A stretch of DNA of 64,000 nt from Tubulanus polymorphus (taxonomy: Eukaryota; Animalia; Nemertea): NCBI RefSeq assembly GCF_964204645.1, contig NC_134027.1, positions 18,500,560 to 18,564,559 on the forward strand. The letters are read 5' to 3'. Position 1 is the stretch's first letter, and each line of letters begins with the position of its first letter. Below the pieces are notes generated by a model. The model was not told where the DNA came from. It saw nothing but the letters and a program-made list of their open reading frames with translations, and did no database searches. Positions 28,504 through 42,179 of this stretch are shown here, piece by piece. Made by a program: the position numbers and the translations under genes.

Positions 28504-28609
28504 CATTTACAGATCACACTGCACGTTATTATTGTATTGTGTATAGACACCTACGATTTACTATTTGTGCTGTCTGGCAACATGTGTTACTTGTATCCCA
28601 TCCTGTTTT

Positions 28610-28922
28610 CTTGTCTTAAGACGTGGCATCTGAATATTTGCCGGAACTTGTGGTTAAGTCAAGTGTGAGGACCACCAGATCTACAGACTCAAATCTAGTA
28701 GCTGCCAAGAGAACCTGGACCAATTTTGGTGACGGTAGTTTCTCTTCTTGAACAATTACCATCAGATATCAGATTAGTTGATGACATCGTCTCATTTAAT
28801 AGCTTAGTTAAAAAAGCATTGTTATTCCTTAGAGCGTTTGGAGAGACAGCGCAGTGAGCGAAGATTTTTCGGAATAGCGCTATATAAGTGCTTATCATCA
28901 TCATTATCATTATCATTATCAT
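28610..28922 (+). mobile_element. L2/CR1-type LINE 3' end
   Basis: AGAGCGTTTGGAG...AGCGCTATATAAGTGC followed by an (ATC/ATT)n tail. Confidence 0.55.
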
Positions 28923-29430
28923 AAGGGTTTTCTGACTTTCGTCGAAAACCCTCTTGAAATTCTGTTGATTATTATTATTATTATATATTTTCCGCCGATT
29001 TCGTCCAATAAAATTCATCTTCATTCAGATTCGGCAACTGACAGCTTCGAAACGAAATGTATAAATTGATACTGTAATAACGGTCTCTCTGAACCAACAG
29101 ATTGTCTGCATGTACTTTCCATCCTATTTGAAACTTAAAATTACTTATTAGGTTACTGTAAATAAAGAATTGAATTGAATTGTTAGACAACAAGCACCGG
29201 CGAAATAACAGTTTGTGACGTCATTTAGTAAGTAAATAAAGGAGGGCTCCGAGAATTTCCAAATCATGGGGGACTATACTAGGGTTAGACCATTCAACCA
29301 AAAAGAGGATTGCTCCGATAAAATCCAAATCATCTCATTTTATTTTTTCCATCGAATACCCGGTAATTAATTTTTCCTTTCGATCACATGCATCCAGAAA
29401 ACCCGTTATCGCTGCTTTGCAGCCATATTT
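28923..29430 (+). mobile_element. HINE-like non-autonomous Helentron
   Basis: 5' hairpin AGGGTTTTC-TGACTTTCGTC-GAAAACCCT plus (ATT)n; 3' end CCCGTTATCGCTGCTTTGCAGCCATATTT, shared with the reverse complement of 14155-14185. Confidence 0.55.
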
Positions 29431-29464
29431 ATCATTATCATTATTATTATTATTACTATTATTA

Positions 29465-29495
<31 letters not shown>

Positions 29496-29515
29496 AATTA
29501 TTATTATTATCATTT
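29430..29515. repeat. (ATT/ATC)n microsatellite
   Basis: Directly visible. Confidence 0.95.
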
Positions 29516-30899
29516 TAAAACAAGATCATCCGTTAGGCCTTTAAAAAACTTAGGGTTAAGACACACTTCGGTTAAGCATGCTTGTTTCCTTCCATGGGTG
29601 AATAATGGATGCCTCATAAATCCCCTATTTCACCAGGTGCCAATATTGCCTTAGCAAAATATATGTACTTTTTGTTATCAGTGATGTGATTGATAAGCTA
29701 ATCTCGATTGTGTATTTTGAACGCAATATGTTGTTCATTTTGGAACAAAGCGAATAATGACCAAAGGCTACGAAGCATGCCAAGTGCACATGGATATGGA
29801 ATAAATGTTCTTTGCTACTCCATGGATTGGGGGATTTAAAAGAAATTATGTTCGCTGTCGTTTTGGATCGATAGTTTGATTCCACATTATTTCGTCGTTT
29901 GCTGCAAAACCTGGTTAGTTTATATGATGCACGTATAAACTATAGACATCCATGGCGATGAGACACTTGTAATGTTCGTTTGTCGCACGGTTACGTAGAT
30001 TGTCCTGTGCTGTTTTAGGCAGCCTGTACAGAATTCGCCATTAGGTGCACGTTTCACTGGGGCACGGATATGGTTAAAATCAAAAGTTGTTTGTCCCGGG
30101 TTCAGGTCACAGAGACCAGATTATACGATATTCACACTAATACGTAGACGAAATCGGCCAGGTCCTATATTCCTCAGAGTAACTGTTGTGGGTCTGAAAT
30201 CTAGAAATCGTGATCAATTTACAGACAAAACACGATATATTACACATGAAAAAGTATTTTCTCGTGATTTCCAAAGATATCTCCGACGAAGAAACTGTTT
30301 AAGGTAAGGTTTCCGTATGGTGGCTGATTCGGGCCAAGTAAAAAAGGTCACTTCACGTTAACGCAATACAAAAATTAAAAAAATAGTTTCGAAAATTGTC
30401 GCGCAACAACGTTTTGGTGCGTTTCAGCGCGGTAGTTCTCATTTTTGTGCGGTAATTTTCGTTTTATGCCGCCGAAAAGGGAGGCTAAAACGTGACGACA
30501 TATCTTTTGTATGGCGTATTGCATGACATTTCTTTGTGTGGATCAGTACATATGACTTACCGTGCCTGCAAGCTTACCGTATAATTGTGTCACTTGACGT
30601 AGGTAAACAAGTTCGATTTCAATTAACGTTTGACTTTTCTGCAGTGCTTATTTTCATAAGTTCTTTCTAAAGTCGACATACCGTTTTGAATTGTAGCAAC
30701 TTACATAAATGGTTTAATGGTTTCTACTGTATTACACGTATTTGTTTGATAAGCTATGTGATAGGTGTATGCAGCTATACTGATCTTGAGGTTGCTTAAC
30801 ATATGAAAACTTTTAATTGGTTTCATGGATTAGCTCGACTGTAATAGCTATTCTATTACTAATATCACAACTGCTCCCCGAGAGGGACTGAAATTGTTC

Positions 30900-32340
30900 C
30901 ATGCAAATAGAATAAGCATTAACAAAAAATTGACCAATAACAATTATCACTAAAAGCCTGAGACTGTAGGTTCGATCTAATCGGATTAACAGAAACTTAA
31001 ACCAGTAGCAAATATGATCATCATTTTCAAAAGCAGAAAAAAATAGTAGAGGAGGTAGATCAGTTTGTAATGTAAAGAATTACTCAAATTATCTGGTAAT
31101 AATTTTATCTTTTGTCTCTCCAGTAAAAATGGTGTTCTAATAGACAAACCAACTCGCATTACGTCATCCACTCTGATAGATGATATTTTCATAAACTTTG
31201 ATAACAGTTGTACTAGCAAATCAGGCATATTGATGTCTGACATTTCTGATCACATGCCAATATTCATTTCCATTGATATAAAAATCACCCACGTGAAACC
31301 AAAATATGTCAGAGGAATTATATCGAACCATTTAGAAGGCGGCTTATGACAGAAAATTGGCATAGGGTATTACTCCAAAATGACACTGACTTAGCATATA
31401 CAAATTTCATTGAAAAATTCAAACAGCTGATTGTTTTGATATGTATCCATATGACTAAAGGTCTTCTAGCATTTTTAAAACAAAACACTATTTGTAAAGG
31501 AAATATATCTAAAATGACACCTGCATCTAGTTATGTTTACAAAAATTATCGCTATAAATTATCGGAAATAAGCAAAAAAAATATACGATACTCGAAAGTT
31601 TTAGGAATCGGCAAATGATTGATAAGCAACTGTAGAAAACTATAAACTCTTGCATGAATAAACAAAATACTAAAAATGAATATTCTGATCAATTCAAAAA
31701 TGAAGATGGGTTCTTAATAAATAATCAAGAAAACACTGAACGGTTTAATATTTTTTCATAAATTTAATTTTTAAGAGTGTATTTATAGTGTCAGTAACTA
31801 CGAGAGTAATCGAAATGATTGAGAAAAACTTCAAATCCATGCATAGTTGCGGAATTGATGATATTAGCCAGAAAATCGTCAAAAACGTAATTGTTTTTCC
31901 TCTAAATGCATATTTTCAACTGTAGTTTAAACTCCGCGAAAATACCGGAAAGTATGAAAATGTCTGTCTGCTGTCGTCCCTGTACATAAAAAGATGATAA
32001 AGATCTATTCAACAGAATTAAAGGTTCATTTCAATATTGCCCCAATATGACAAAAATTCTTGAAAAAAAATAATATAGAACCGTTTTCTACATCGGCACA
32101 AAGTATTAAGTGATAGTGAAATTGGATTTCGACGAAACCATTCAACGGTAATGGCACTAACTTTTGTTACTAATAGAGTTATTGACACGCTAGTTAGAGG
32201 GGAAATAACGATTGGTATATTTCTAGATCAAAAGCGTTTTATACGATTTATCACACAATCATGTTATCCAAACTAGAATATTTTGGCATTAGAAGTGCGC
32301 TGATTTGGTATCAAGACTACTTTACTATTAAAGATACAGT
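30900..32340 (+). pseudogene. Degenerate CR1/L2-group LINE ORF2 (end of APE endonuclease to start of RT)
   Basis: PTRITSSTLIDDIFIN..SGILMSDISDHMPIF at ~31150-31265; IGFRRNHST..ITIGIFLD..LSKLEYFGIR at ~32120-32295; many stops and frameshifts. Confidence 0.85.
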
Positions 32341-32369
32341 TTGTATTTCATCCCCAGGAACTGATTAGC

Positions 32370-32690
32370 GGCAAAAATCCCCTAGGTAAAAATCCCCTTG
32401 GAAAAAATCCTCTGGGGATATTCCAGTTCGAAAATAAGATATTACAAATAAAGAATTCGTCTTTCTTATTAATTCTCAAATATGTTTTATTCTTAGAGTT
32501 TACTTATCCCAACGAAAGATTGCGCAGTTCTAACATACTTCAGTCTCATTGCAAATGAATAAAATTGAGGAGAGATTTTGCTTTGAAATGTTCTTGAAAA
32601 TCGCCAAGTGGAAATTTTTACTACTTTGAATATTTTGGGATTTTTACCTAAGGCCTTTTTACTTAGATTTTTACCCAGGGGATTTTTACC
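32370..32690. mobile_element. Small foldback-type MITE with subterminal tandem repeats
   Basis: Repeated GG(C/T)AAAAATCCCCT at the left end; inverted AGGGGATTTTTACC repeats at the right end. Confidence 0.6.
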
Positions 32691-35600
32691 TACAACCCCA
32701 GAAACTATAAGGCTTAAAGATGATACCTTGTTTCTCCACCTTTTCTACCCACCAAAAGTGACCAGGCAGGGAGGTGTCTTTTTTAATTTGTTTTTTTTTA
32801 ACAAAGATTTATGGAAACACTGCACCCGGCGGGCAGTATTTTGTTTTTATTGAAAACAAATTTATGTAACTTAAAAGAGAGATTAAAATTTCCAAATATG
32901 GATACAAAATGGCAGGGAAAGATCCGGGTTATGACCTACTGACTGCATATTAATGTTTTCAAATGAAATATTGTCACCGGTACAAAATGACAAGAAAAAG
33001 TACGTCGTATTAGTGAATTTAGTCACGGAGACGGAGTGGACGTTCCCCGTCGTTTAACTGTATTTCTATTTTATACAAATACATGTACATGTACGAAGTA
33101 AAATGGTTTGACTCGCTCAGTCTTTAGTAGAAAAAAATATGAACACTCAACTCCTTCCGTGGCCCCAAGCGTGAGAACGAAGTTCCTAGATACATGTACA
33201 TGGTAACCCAAAGTTATTTTTCTAAAATGTTTTGGGAAACCAATAGGGCCCTATAGATTTTGTATGGATTCCATAGCATCACGTTCAATTCAATCACCGT
33301 GAACATCAAAGGCCTTGAACCTTCTCTAGCGCTACTGTCGCTTAAAGGCTCAGACACACTGGGCGAATTAGTCGACAGAAATCGCCTTTCATAACTCACG
33401 TGAATCGTTGAAGAGGCGTGATTGGTCGGGCGAATACGGCGCTCGAGATAAACGATCGCCGTAGCCTGACACACTAGGCTAAATCGCCGGCGACGAAATT
33501 CAACATATTGGATTCGGGTGATAAGCCTTTTTACAGTTTCCAGCGCCATTTTTAGGTACCCACCGGGTCCGCATTGTTGAATTTTTTGTCCCCATTTTTC
33601 TCCGGTTTGATTTTTTAATTTCGTTCATATCTCTGGATTTGATTAAGATAGAAACAAAGTAAAAATATCGACGAACTCGGCTGATAATAAACTTTTTTAT
33701 GATATCACTCATTTATCAAGTTAATGCAACAATGTGCGCTGGTGAAGTTATAAACATTGATATCGTCTTCCCGATAATTCAACTTGAATTATTGCTCATC
33801 TGATTCAAAAGTTCGTAATTCTTACAAATTTTAATCTACATTTTTGAAATTTTCAGGATCAATAGCCATCTATATGTGGTCTTATATACCTTTTACCATT
33901 TTCAATTATGTTTATTAGTTTTTAAGTAATTGCGAGTCAAACTTCCAAAACACGTTTTCTAGAGTATCATGTTTGCATATTTATATCAAGAAATTTGCCA
34001 ATTTAACCGGTACTACATTGTTAAAATCCAAATGTTCAGTAACTATGGAAACAAGGGCACCTAGTTATTTGAAAAAATGGTAAATAGAGATATATTTCTT
34101 GTAACACAGGGACAGACTACGGGTTTGTTGGGTCGGTAGTCCGACCTTGATTCAATTTCAATTAATTTTATTTTATCTATTAAAAGTAATTAATTTCCGG
34201 TTTACTATGCCCTATGCCCTAGTATCGCCACCTAGAGATATTTTTATGCTTCGATGTCTTTTTTACGAAAACACGAGTTTATCTTTCTGATAAACAGCGC
34301 CACCTACTGACATTATCACGCATTGATGTCATTTTCACGTACACAGGAAGTTTGTCTTTTTGGCGGGGATGGCCGCCCATACACCAGACCTGCCCAAAAT
34401 TTAACCATACGTGCCTTAATTTCTACTTCTAGGCCTCCCTAATTCGCCGTAGACCATCACGCTTGGGGTGCCGCGAATTAGTTTTTAGAATGTATTTACA
34501 GAATGTAAGATGTACCTTTTCGATGATTTTAATATTTTCGTTTCCCCAGATTTCACAGCCGTATAGGTTTAACTAACGTATCAAAGAGCTGGATGCTCAC
34601 ATCAATGTTTAAAATTCTTGGGTTTTTCTCAATACGTGATATTAAAATTACTCTTAAATACTTAAAGTGATCGACAATCTCGAATATAGACGGGCGCCCA
34701 AGGCGCCCGGAGGACGTCCCTTTGATAAACGCGTATATGTGGATTCTAGAAAGTGTCTTTTCAACCGAATCTGAGCTCAGACCACTATTCCAAAATCTTC
34801 TATATCCTATAGTAAAAACAAGAAATTCGAGAGTTTAGTTCATATATAAGCGCGTAAATTCAGGGGAAATCCTGCTTATGGCTCATAGGCCAGCATCTTA
34901 GCTACGCATTGAAGTGGTTTTCGCCCCACATACCCAACCTAACTTTTGAAATAATCAAACCTTTAGAAAGGAGGGGTATCCCAGTACAGGTATGCCAGTA
35001 CATCCGAGCCAAATATCTAAGGGAATCCCCCACCGTGTTTGGTACCCTTACTCCAAGCAAAAAAAGTCCATGGAATCCCTTATTTCATCATCAAGCTGTC
35101 TCTCAGGATCAATGGATTTCATACATATAACCGAAATTCGTTACCTATCCCATTTACAGAAATTATGGCAACATTTATGGGGGACCTCTTCTTCACTCTA
35201 GGTACTATTTTTGGGGTCCGGCCCTACGCATCTTCGAGCTACGAACCTAATTGTGGTCTGATGCCATCTGACTTACTGACAAAGTCAGAAAAAAATGACG
35301 TCAGAGTAGGCCTATGTCCGGTTTGAAGTTCATGGGGAAATCGGAAGTAGAATTACGTCACGCTAAAATCCGGCAACTTTTGGATCGGGTGATTTCAGAA
35401 TGTATTCATTTCGTGAAATTTCGACCAAGATTGGATCGTTGAATCATTTAACAATGAACCGCGTTGATCGAACGAGTTCAAAATAGCTGAAATTCCCTTA
35501 GCAACCGGAGCGAATTCATAATAACAAACGCGCCCGGTCCGGCAACGCGCACGGGTTCGAATCCCGGTGAATTACGCTCTAGCGCGCACGTACAGCAGTC

Positions 35601-37880
35601 AACCCCAGCCGCAGCAGTGAAATATTTAATTATCTTATCAATTAAATAACTCTAAAACAGCGATGAGAGTCGCGTTAGACTGAGTCGTGCGATTTGCTTA
35701 AAATTTCACGGCAGCGCGGCGGATCGCCGATCGGTCTCGCTCGAGCAGCAGCCCCAACATCGCGGTCGGCAACAACATTAAGCCTCCGCCCCTTCTTTCA
35801 CCAAATAAGGAATTCGGTACCGCTACCCACGTGCACGGCTTATTTACTTGAGCCGTAGATTCCCGGTACTCGACATTACCGGAGGATTAGAAACAAATAA
35901 ATATTTTTCGTAAGAGAAATCAATTTTTGTATTGACATTTGAATTTTCCTGCTTGATTAATTCGATTCTTTCTGGCAGAAAATAATTTTCCGATTGATGC
36001 GTTTTCAACGCGTCTTCCATTTTTCTCCGTAATTAAAAAACTCGTAGTAATCCTCTTGTCCTTTTGTTTTCGGATGGTGCTAATTTCTAAATTAACAACC
36101 AGGTCAAAATTCTTCAATCTTGCAAAAACCAGTCTCATTCTGAGTCAGTTTCACTTCGAAATGTCGGTTACATAGTGGTTTTGCAAAGTGTTTTAAACCA
36201 TTGAATAATTCTTGATACACTAATCTAAATCGAAATAGTTTTTAGCAGTGATAAACAGAGCCACGGGTAAGCCAAAGACCAAAAATTAACATTAATAGAC
36301 GGACGCCGGGCGCCGAAGGCGCCCGGAGGACGTCCCTTTGGTAAACGCGTATATGTGGGTACTACGAAGTGTCTTCTTAACCGATTCTGACTAGCTGACA
36401 AAGTCAGAAAAGAGCTCAGACCACTATTCCAAAATCTTCTATATCCTATAGTAAAAACAAGAAATTCGAGAGTTTAGTTCATATATAAGCGCGTAAATTC
36501 AGGGGAAATCCTGCTTATGGCTCATAGGCCAGCATCTTAGCTACGCATTGAAGTGGTTTTCGCCCCACATACCCAACCTAACTTTTGAAATAATCAGACC
36601 TTTAGAAAGGAGGGGTATCCCAGTACAGGTATGCCAGTACATCCGAGCCAAATATCTAAGGGAATCCCCCACCGTGTTTGGTACCCTTACTCCAAGCAAA
36701 AAAAGTCCAGGGAATCCCTTATTTCATCATCAAGCTGTCTCTCAGGATCAATGGATTTCATACATATAACCGAAATTCGTTACCTATCCCATTTGCAGAA
36801 ATTATGGCAACATTTATAGGGGACCTCTTCTTCACTCTAGGTACAATTTTTGGGGTCCGGCCCTACGCATCTTCGAGCTACTAACCTAATTGTGGTCTGA
36901 TGCCAAAAAAATGACGTCACTTGACGTCCGGTTTGAAGTTCATGGGGAAATCGGAAGTAGAATTACGTCACGCTAAAATCCGGCATTCCACTAACTAAAA
37001 TACGGTAACTTATGGATCGGGTTATTTCAGAATGTATTTATTTCATGAAATTTCGAACAAGATTGGGTTGATGAATAGTTTAACAATGAACCGCGTTGAT
37101 CGATCGAGTTGAAAATAGCTGAAATTCCCTTAGCAACAGGGGCGAATTCATAATAACAAAACGCGGCCGCGGCCCGTTGCCACGCGGTTCGGCGCGCAGG
37201 TTCGAATCCCGGAGAATTAGGCTCTCGCGCGCGCAGCTGTCATTCTCAGCGGCAGCACTGAAATACACTTTTCTAATCAAAAGTAACGACCCTAAAAACT
37301 GCGAGAGTCGCGTTAGAGTCGTAAAATTTCTCGGCCAGCGCGGCGGCGGATCGGCACGGCGTAGTCTCGCTCTCGAGCAGCAGCAACATCGCGGTCGGCA
37401 AAAACATTAGTCTCCGCCCCTTCTTCACCAAATAAGGAATTCGGAACCGCTGGCCGCGTGCACTGCTTATTTTGAACCGTATTCCAGGCGGATTAGAAAG
37501 AAATGTATATTTTTCGCAAGAGAAATCAATTTTTGTACTGACATTCGCATTTCCTGCTAATTCGAGTTTTTTCTAGCAGAAAATAATTTTCCGATTTGTG
37601 CGTTTCAACGCGTATTCGATTTTTTTTTCTTTTTGAAGGTAATTAAGAAATGCGTTGTAATCTTCTCTCATCTTCCTTTTATTTCCAAATGGAGCTAATT
37701 TCTAAATTAACTACCAGGTCAAAATTCTTCAATATTGCAAAAACCCCTCTCAGTTCCCACCATAGAAATGTCATTGGTTACATTATGGTTTCACAAAGAG
37801 TTTTAAACCATTAAAAAATGACACTTTATCTAAATCGAAAGAATAATCTTTTTAGCAGACAGTGGTACCGAGACCTGATT

Positions 37881-39435
37881 GGTTCAACTCCAGAATAGGT
37901 CAATATAGTTCCATCGTGGAGGATTTTCTTTAATGAAGTGAGTGGTTCGGTTTCTAATTGCCGACCTATTTTACTCGTCGACAATTCCGACGATTTAGAA
38001 TTGCCGACCTATTTTACTCGTCGACAATTCCGACGATTTAGAATTGCCGACCTATTTTACTCGTCGACAATTCCGACGATTTAGAATTGCCGACCTATTT
38101 TACTCGTCGACAATTCCGACGATTTAGAATTGCCGACCTATTTTACTCGTCGACAATTCCGACGATTTTAAATTGCCGACCTATTTTACTCGTAGACAAT
38201 TCAGACGATTTAGAATTGTTGAAGGGAAGATAAATTTTCAAGCAACGACACGGCCACTTGATGCCGATTGCAGTTTTTATCTATAAAGGGTAATCTACAC
38301 ACGGTCCTTCATCCCAGCCATTTTATATCAGGGTAATCCACACAAACACCCAGCCCCTCGATCCCAGCCACCTTATTCAAGGGTAATCCACGCAAACACA
38401 CAGCCCCTCGATCCCAGCTACCTTATTCAAGGGTAATCCACGCAAACACACAACCCCTCGATCCCAGCCACTTTATATCAGGGTAATCCGCGCACACACA
38501 CAGCCCCTCGATCCCAGCCACTTTATATCAGGGTAATCCACGCACACACACAGCCCCTCGATCCCAGCCACTTTATATCAGGGGTAATCCACGCAAAAAC
38601 ACAGCCCCTCAATCCCAGCCACCTTATTCAAGGGTAATCCACGCAAACACGCAGCCCCTCGATCCCAGCCACTTTATTCAAGGGTAATCCACGCAAACAC
38701 ACAGCCCTCGATCCCAGCCACATTATATCAGGGTAATCCACGCACACACACAGCCCCTCGATCCCAGCCACATTATATCAGGGTAATCCACGCACACACG
38801 CAGCCCCTCGATCCCAGCCACATTATATCAGGGTAATCCACGCACACACGCAGCCCCTCGATCCCAGCCACATTATATCAGGGTAATCCACGCACACACG
38901 CAGCCCCTCGATCCCAGCCACATTATATCAGGGTAATCCACGCAAACACACAGCCCCTCGATCCCAGCCACTTTATATCAGGGTAATCCGCGCAAACACG
39001 CAGCCCCTCGATCCCAGCCACTTTATATCAGGGGATATTATTATATAAAAGATATTGCAATTCTAAATCGTCGGAATTGTCGACGAGTAAAATAGGTCGG
39101 CAATTCTAAATCGTCGGAATTGTCGACGAGTAAAATAGGTCGGCAATTTAAAATCGTCGGAATTGTCGACGAGTAAAATAGGTCGGCAATTCTAAATCGT
39201 CGGAATTGTCTACGAGTAATATAGGTTGGCAATTCTAAATCGTCGGAATTGTCGACGAGTAAAATAGGTGGGCAATTCTAAATCGTCGGAATTATCGACG
39301 AGTATAATAGGTGGGCAATTCTAAATCGTCGGAATTGTCGACGAGTAAAACAGGTCGGCTACCTGGCTCGCGGAAGAATACGTGCTATGTACTCAGCCTG
39401 GGCAGATCTACTTTTACCTGTTCTGGAGTTGAGCC
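37881..39435. mobile_element. Mutator/Foldback-type non-autonomous element
   Basis: TIRs GGTTCAACTCCAGAATAGG / CCTGTTCTGGAGTTGAGCC; exact 9-bp TSD GACCTGATT (37872-37880, 39436-39444); inverted arrays of a 43-bp unit. Confidence 0.9.
38287..39033. repeat. 50-bp minisatellite (~15 units) in the centre of the foldback element
   Basis: GGGTAATCCACGCACACACGCAGCCCCTCGATCCCAGCCACATTATATCA repeated. Confidence 0.95.
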
Positions 39436-41357
39436 GACCTGATTTAAAAGAAATTTTTCAAGTTTTTTTCTCGCAAAAATTGAAATATTAAATTTCATTT
39501 GATCTTATAATATAAGATTAAAGAATTATGAGGTTTGATTCATTTCTGAAATTTGGGCTTATAATATATCAAGCCCAAATTTCAGAAATGAATCAAATTT
39601 ACAGTTACAGAGTTACAGTTTCATCTTCTTTCTTCCCACCCCTTAACTCGAGCATTAATTTTAATTTTTCCAAGTTTTGACTAAGTTGATTTAATTTCTT
39701 CATTAATTCATTGCTTTGGGTTCAACTACAGTACAATTTCAATATGAAATATTGGAGTTGATTCTCTTTCCAGTTTCATTAACTACATTTAAGTGTGCTC
39801 CTTGTCACTGACAATATTTTGAGTGTTTTCGACTTCGTTACCCCGTACTTGAGTTTGTTTTCCCCAATCGCTATCATTTCTTACTATGAAAAATTGAATC
39901 AAGCTGTGACGAGGCGTCCGTCACTTAGATTTCATCTATTACATATTAGACGGACGCCGGGCGCCGCAGGATCGGGTGATCGGGTGGATCGGGTGATTTC
40001 AGAATGTATTTATTTCGTAAAATTTCGACCAAGATTGGATCGTTGAATCGTTTAACAATGAACCACGTTGATCGAACGAGTTCAAAATAGCTGAAATTCC
40101 CTTAGCAACCGGGAGCGAATTCAAACGCGCCCGGTCCGGGGCATCGCGCACGGGTTCGAATCCCGGAGAATTACGCTCTAGCGCTCACGTATAAGTACAG
40201 CAGTCAACCCCAGCCGCAGCACTGAAATATTTAATTATCTTATCAAATTAAATGACTCTAAGACAGCGATGAGAGTCGCGTTAGACTGAGTCGTACGATT
40301 TGCTTAAAATTTCACGGCAGCGCGGCGGATCGCCGATTGGTCTCGCTCGAGCAGCAGCCCCCACATCGCGGTCGGCAACAACATTTAGTCTCCGCCCCTT
40401 CTTTCACCAAATAAGGAATTCGGTACCGCTAGCCACGTGCACTGCTTATTTACTTGAGCCGTAGATACCCGGTACTCGTTATTCCCGGAGGATTAGAAAC
40501 AAATAAATATTTTTCGTAAGAGAAATCAATTTTTGTATTGACATTTGAATTTTTCCGCTGATAATTAATCAATTCGATACTTTCTGGCAGAAAATAATTT
40601 TCCGATTGATGCGTTTCAACGCGTCTTCCATTTTTCTCCGTAATTAAACAATTCGTAGTAATCTTCTTGTCCTTTTGTTTTCGAATGGTGCTAATCTCTA
40701 AATTAACAACCAGGTCAAAATTCCTCAATCATGCAAAAACCAGTCTCAGTCTGAGTCAGTTTCACTTCGAAATGTCGGTTACATATAGTGGTTTTGCAAA
40801 GTGCTTTAAACCATTGAATAATTCCTGCACTAATCTAAATCGAAATAGTTTTTAGCAGTGATAAACAGTGCCACGGGTAAGCCAAATACCAAAAATAATA
40901 AATAATTCAGTTGGGAAATTGGGTCAAGTCTTTTTCTGGCAGAATATTGAATTTCATTATCTTAAAAGCCCAAATTTTCTATAACCAGAAATGAATCAAA
41001 CCTTAGAGTTGCAGTTTCATCGTCTTTCCCCCTCCCCCAACCCTCTTGCATTATTTTTCATTTTTACAAGTTTTATCTAAGAATTGATATGCTTCGGGCC
41101 CACAATTTCAATATGAAATAGAATTGATCAAAGTTACTTTCCAGTTCCATGGGATTGACTACGATTAATTTTCTCTGTGTTCCTAGTCACTGACACTATT
41201 CTGAGTGTATTTCGTTATACACTCAAAATACACAATACATACACAATGTACCAAAATACACGAGGTTGTTTTCGAATCGAAATGATTTGTTAGTATAAAA
41301 AATTAAATCAAGCTGTGACAAAGCGTCCGTCACTTAGATTTCATCTATTACATATTA

Positions 41358-41570
41358 TCTCCTGCGAGACGGAAAATAAAATTTCTACGTGATTTCCCTT
41401 TTTCGAAAACAATAACTTTAGTTTTGTCAGTATTGATTGTGAGCCTCCACCTTCTACAGTACATTACAAGGTTGTCTAGTGCATGTTGTAGTGAGGTCGC
41501 TGAGTCTGAAATCAGAACGGTGTCGTCTGCATAAAGCAGAGCCAACAAGCTCAACCAATCCGTGTTTTCG
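41358..41570 (-). pseudogene. Non-LTR reverse transcriptase fragment
   Basis: LLALLYADDTVLISDSATSLQHALDNLVMYCRRWRLTINTDKTKVIVF (YADD motif and downstream RT subdomains). Confidence 0.9.
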
Positions 41571-41683
41571 TTATAACCTGAAAGTGGCCATGTTTGTTTC
41601 TGCTGTTTCGCGTAAATCCCGCTCGGAGTGGGGCCAATACGTCGAGAAATCACTGCATACTCCAGGGGCGGTTCTAGGTTGCC

Positions 41684-41946
41684 TTTAAAATTCAAATTAT
41701 TGATATCTTAGAATAAATATTTAGTTATAATATAAAATACACACGGTTACGAAAATATATTATAGTTTTAAATTACTTTTAATGTTTTGTTTTTTAATGA
41801 GCTCGACCGTTCGACCTTTGGCTTGAAAGCCCATTACCCCTATTACTGACACCAGGCGGTTTGGTCATGTTGGTAAGTTGTACCATGTTGACAGAGAAAT
41901 AGAGAGTATGCGCTAGCCATACGACTGGTCGGTGTAGGAACGTCTA
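41684..41946 (-). repeat. 263-bp inverted duplicate of 42486-42748 (host flank + TSD + first 164 bp of the Polinton TIR)
   Basis: Reverse-complement match including the junction ATTACT|GACACC; one mismatch noticed. Confidence 0.95.
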
Positions 41947-42179
41947 GACTACTTATAGCTTTACCTGAACATACCCTACTAAAATGCCTCACCTTACCAT
42001 AACCCTAACCCTTCACCTAACCCTAACCCCGCTAGACCCTAACCCTAACCCTCTGTACCCTCTTGACCCGCTCGACCTTGCCCTCTGGACCCTTAAAATG
42101 CCGTTATATTGTTTTGTATATTAGCCATGTACTATACCAAAAACTGAGAAATTCTCTATCAACATGGTACATTTTGCCA
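41871..42179. mobile_element. MITE with internal (CCCTAA)-like repeats, nested in the host repeat
   Basis: TIRs TGGTAAGTTGTACCATGTTGACAGAGAA / TTCTCTATCAACATGGTACATTTTGCCA; absent from the paralog at 20690. Confidence 0.75.

Larger units (their letters stand above)
34687..41357 (-). mobile_element. Head-to-tail array of three related non-autonomous Helentron/Helitron-like units (34687-36295, 36296-39946, 39947-41357)
   Basis: Each unit begins TAGACGG; units 1-2 carry the GC hairpin (C)CGGGCGCCNAAGGCGCCCGG, unit 3 only half of it; units 2 and 3 end GCGTCCGTCACTTAGATTTCATCTATTACATATTA (subterminal IR GACGGACGC/GCGTCCGTC); internal blocks shared. Confidence 0.7.

Noticed and set aside
29388-29654. 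Poly-Tyr ORF
   Set aside because: Translation of an (ATT)n microsatellite
35553-35568. GGTTCGAATCCC box-B/T-loop motifs (also ~20810, 37200, 40155) as tRNA genes
   Set aside because: No cloverleaf or matching acceptor stem could be built; they lie within repeats
37955-39358. Regular 43-bp and 50-bp repeats resembling a CRISPR array
   Set aside because: Units are contiguous with no unique spacers, there are no cas genes, and they lie inside a TIR/TSD-bounded eukaryotic transposon
41684-41847. Right end of a second, independent Polinton
   Set aside because: It carries the same TSD and ~100 bp of the same flank as the left junction, so it is a duplication
41999-42052. (CCCTAA)n as a telomere or healed chromosome end beside the Polinton
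   Set aside because: Short, degenerate and internal to a MITE with TIRs
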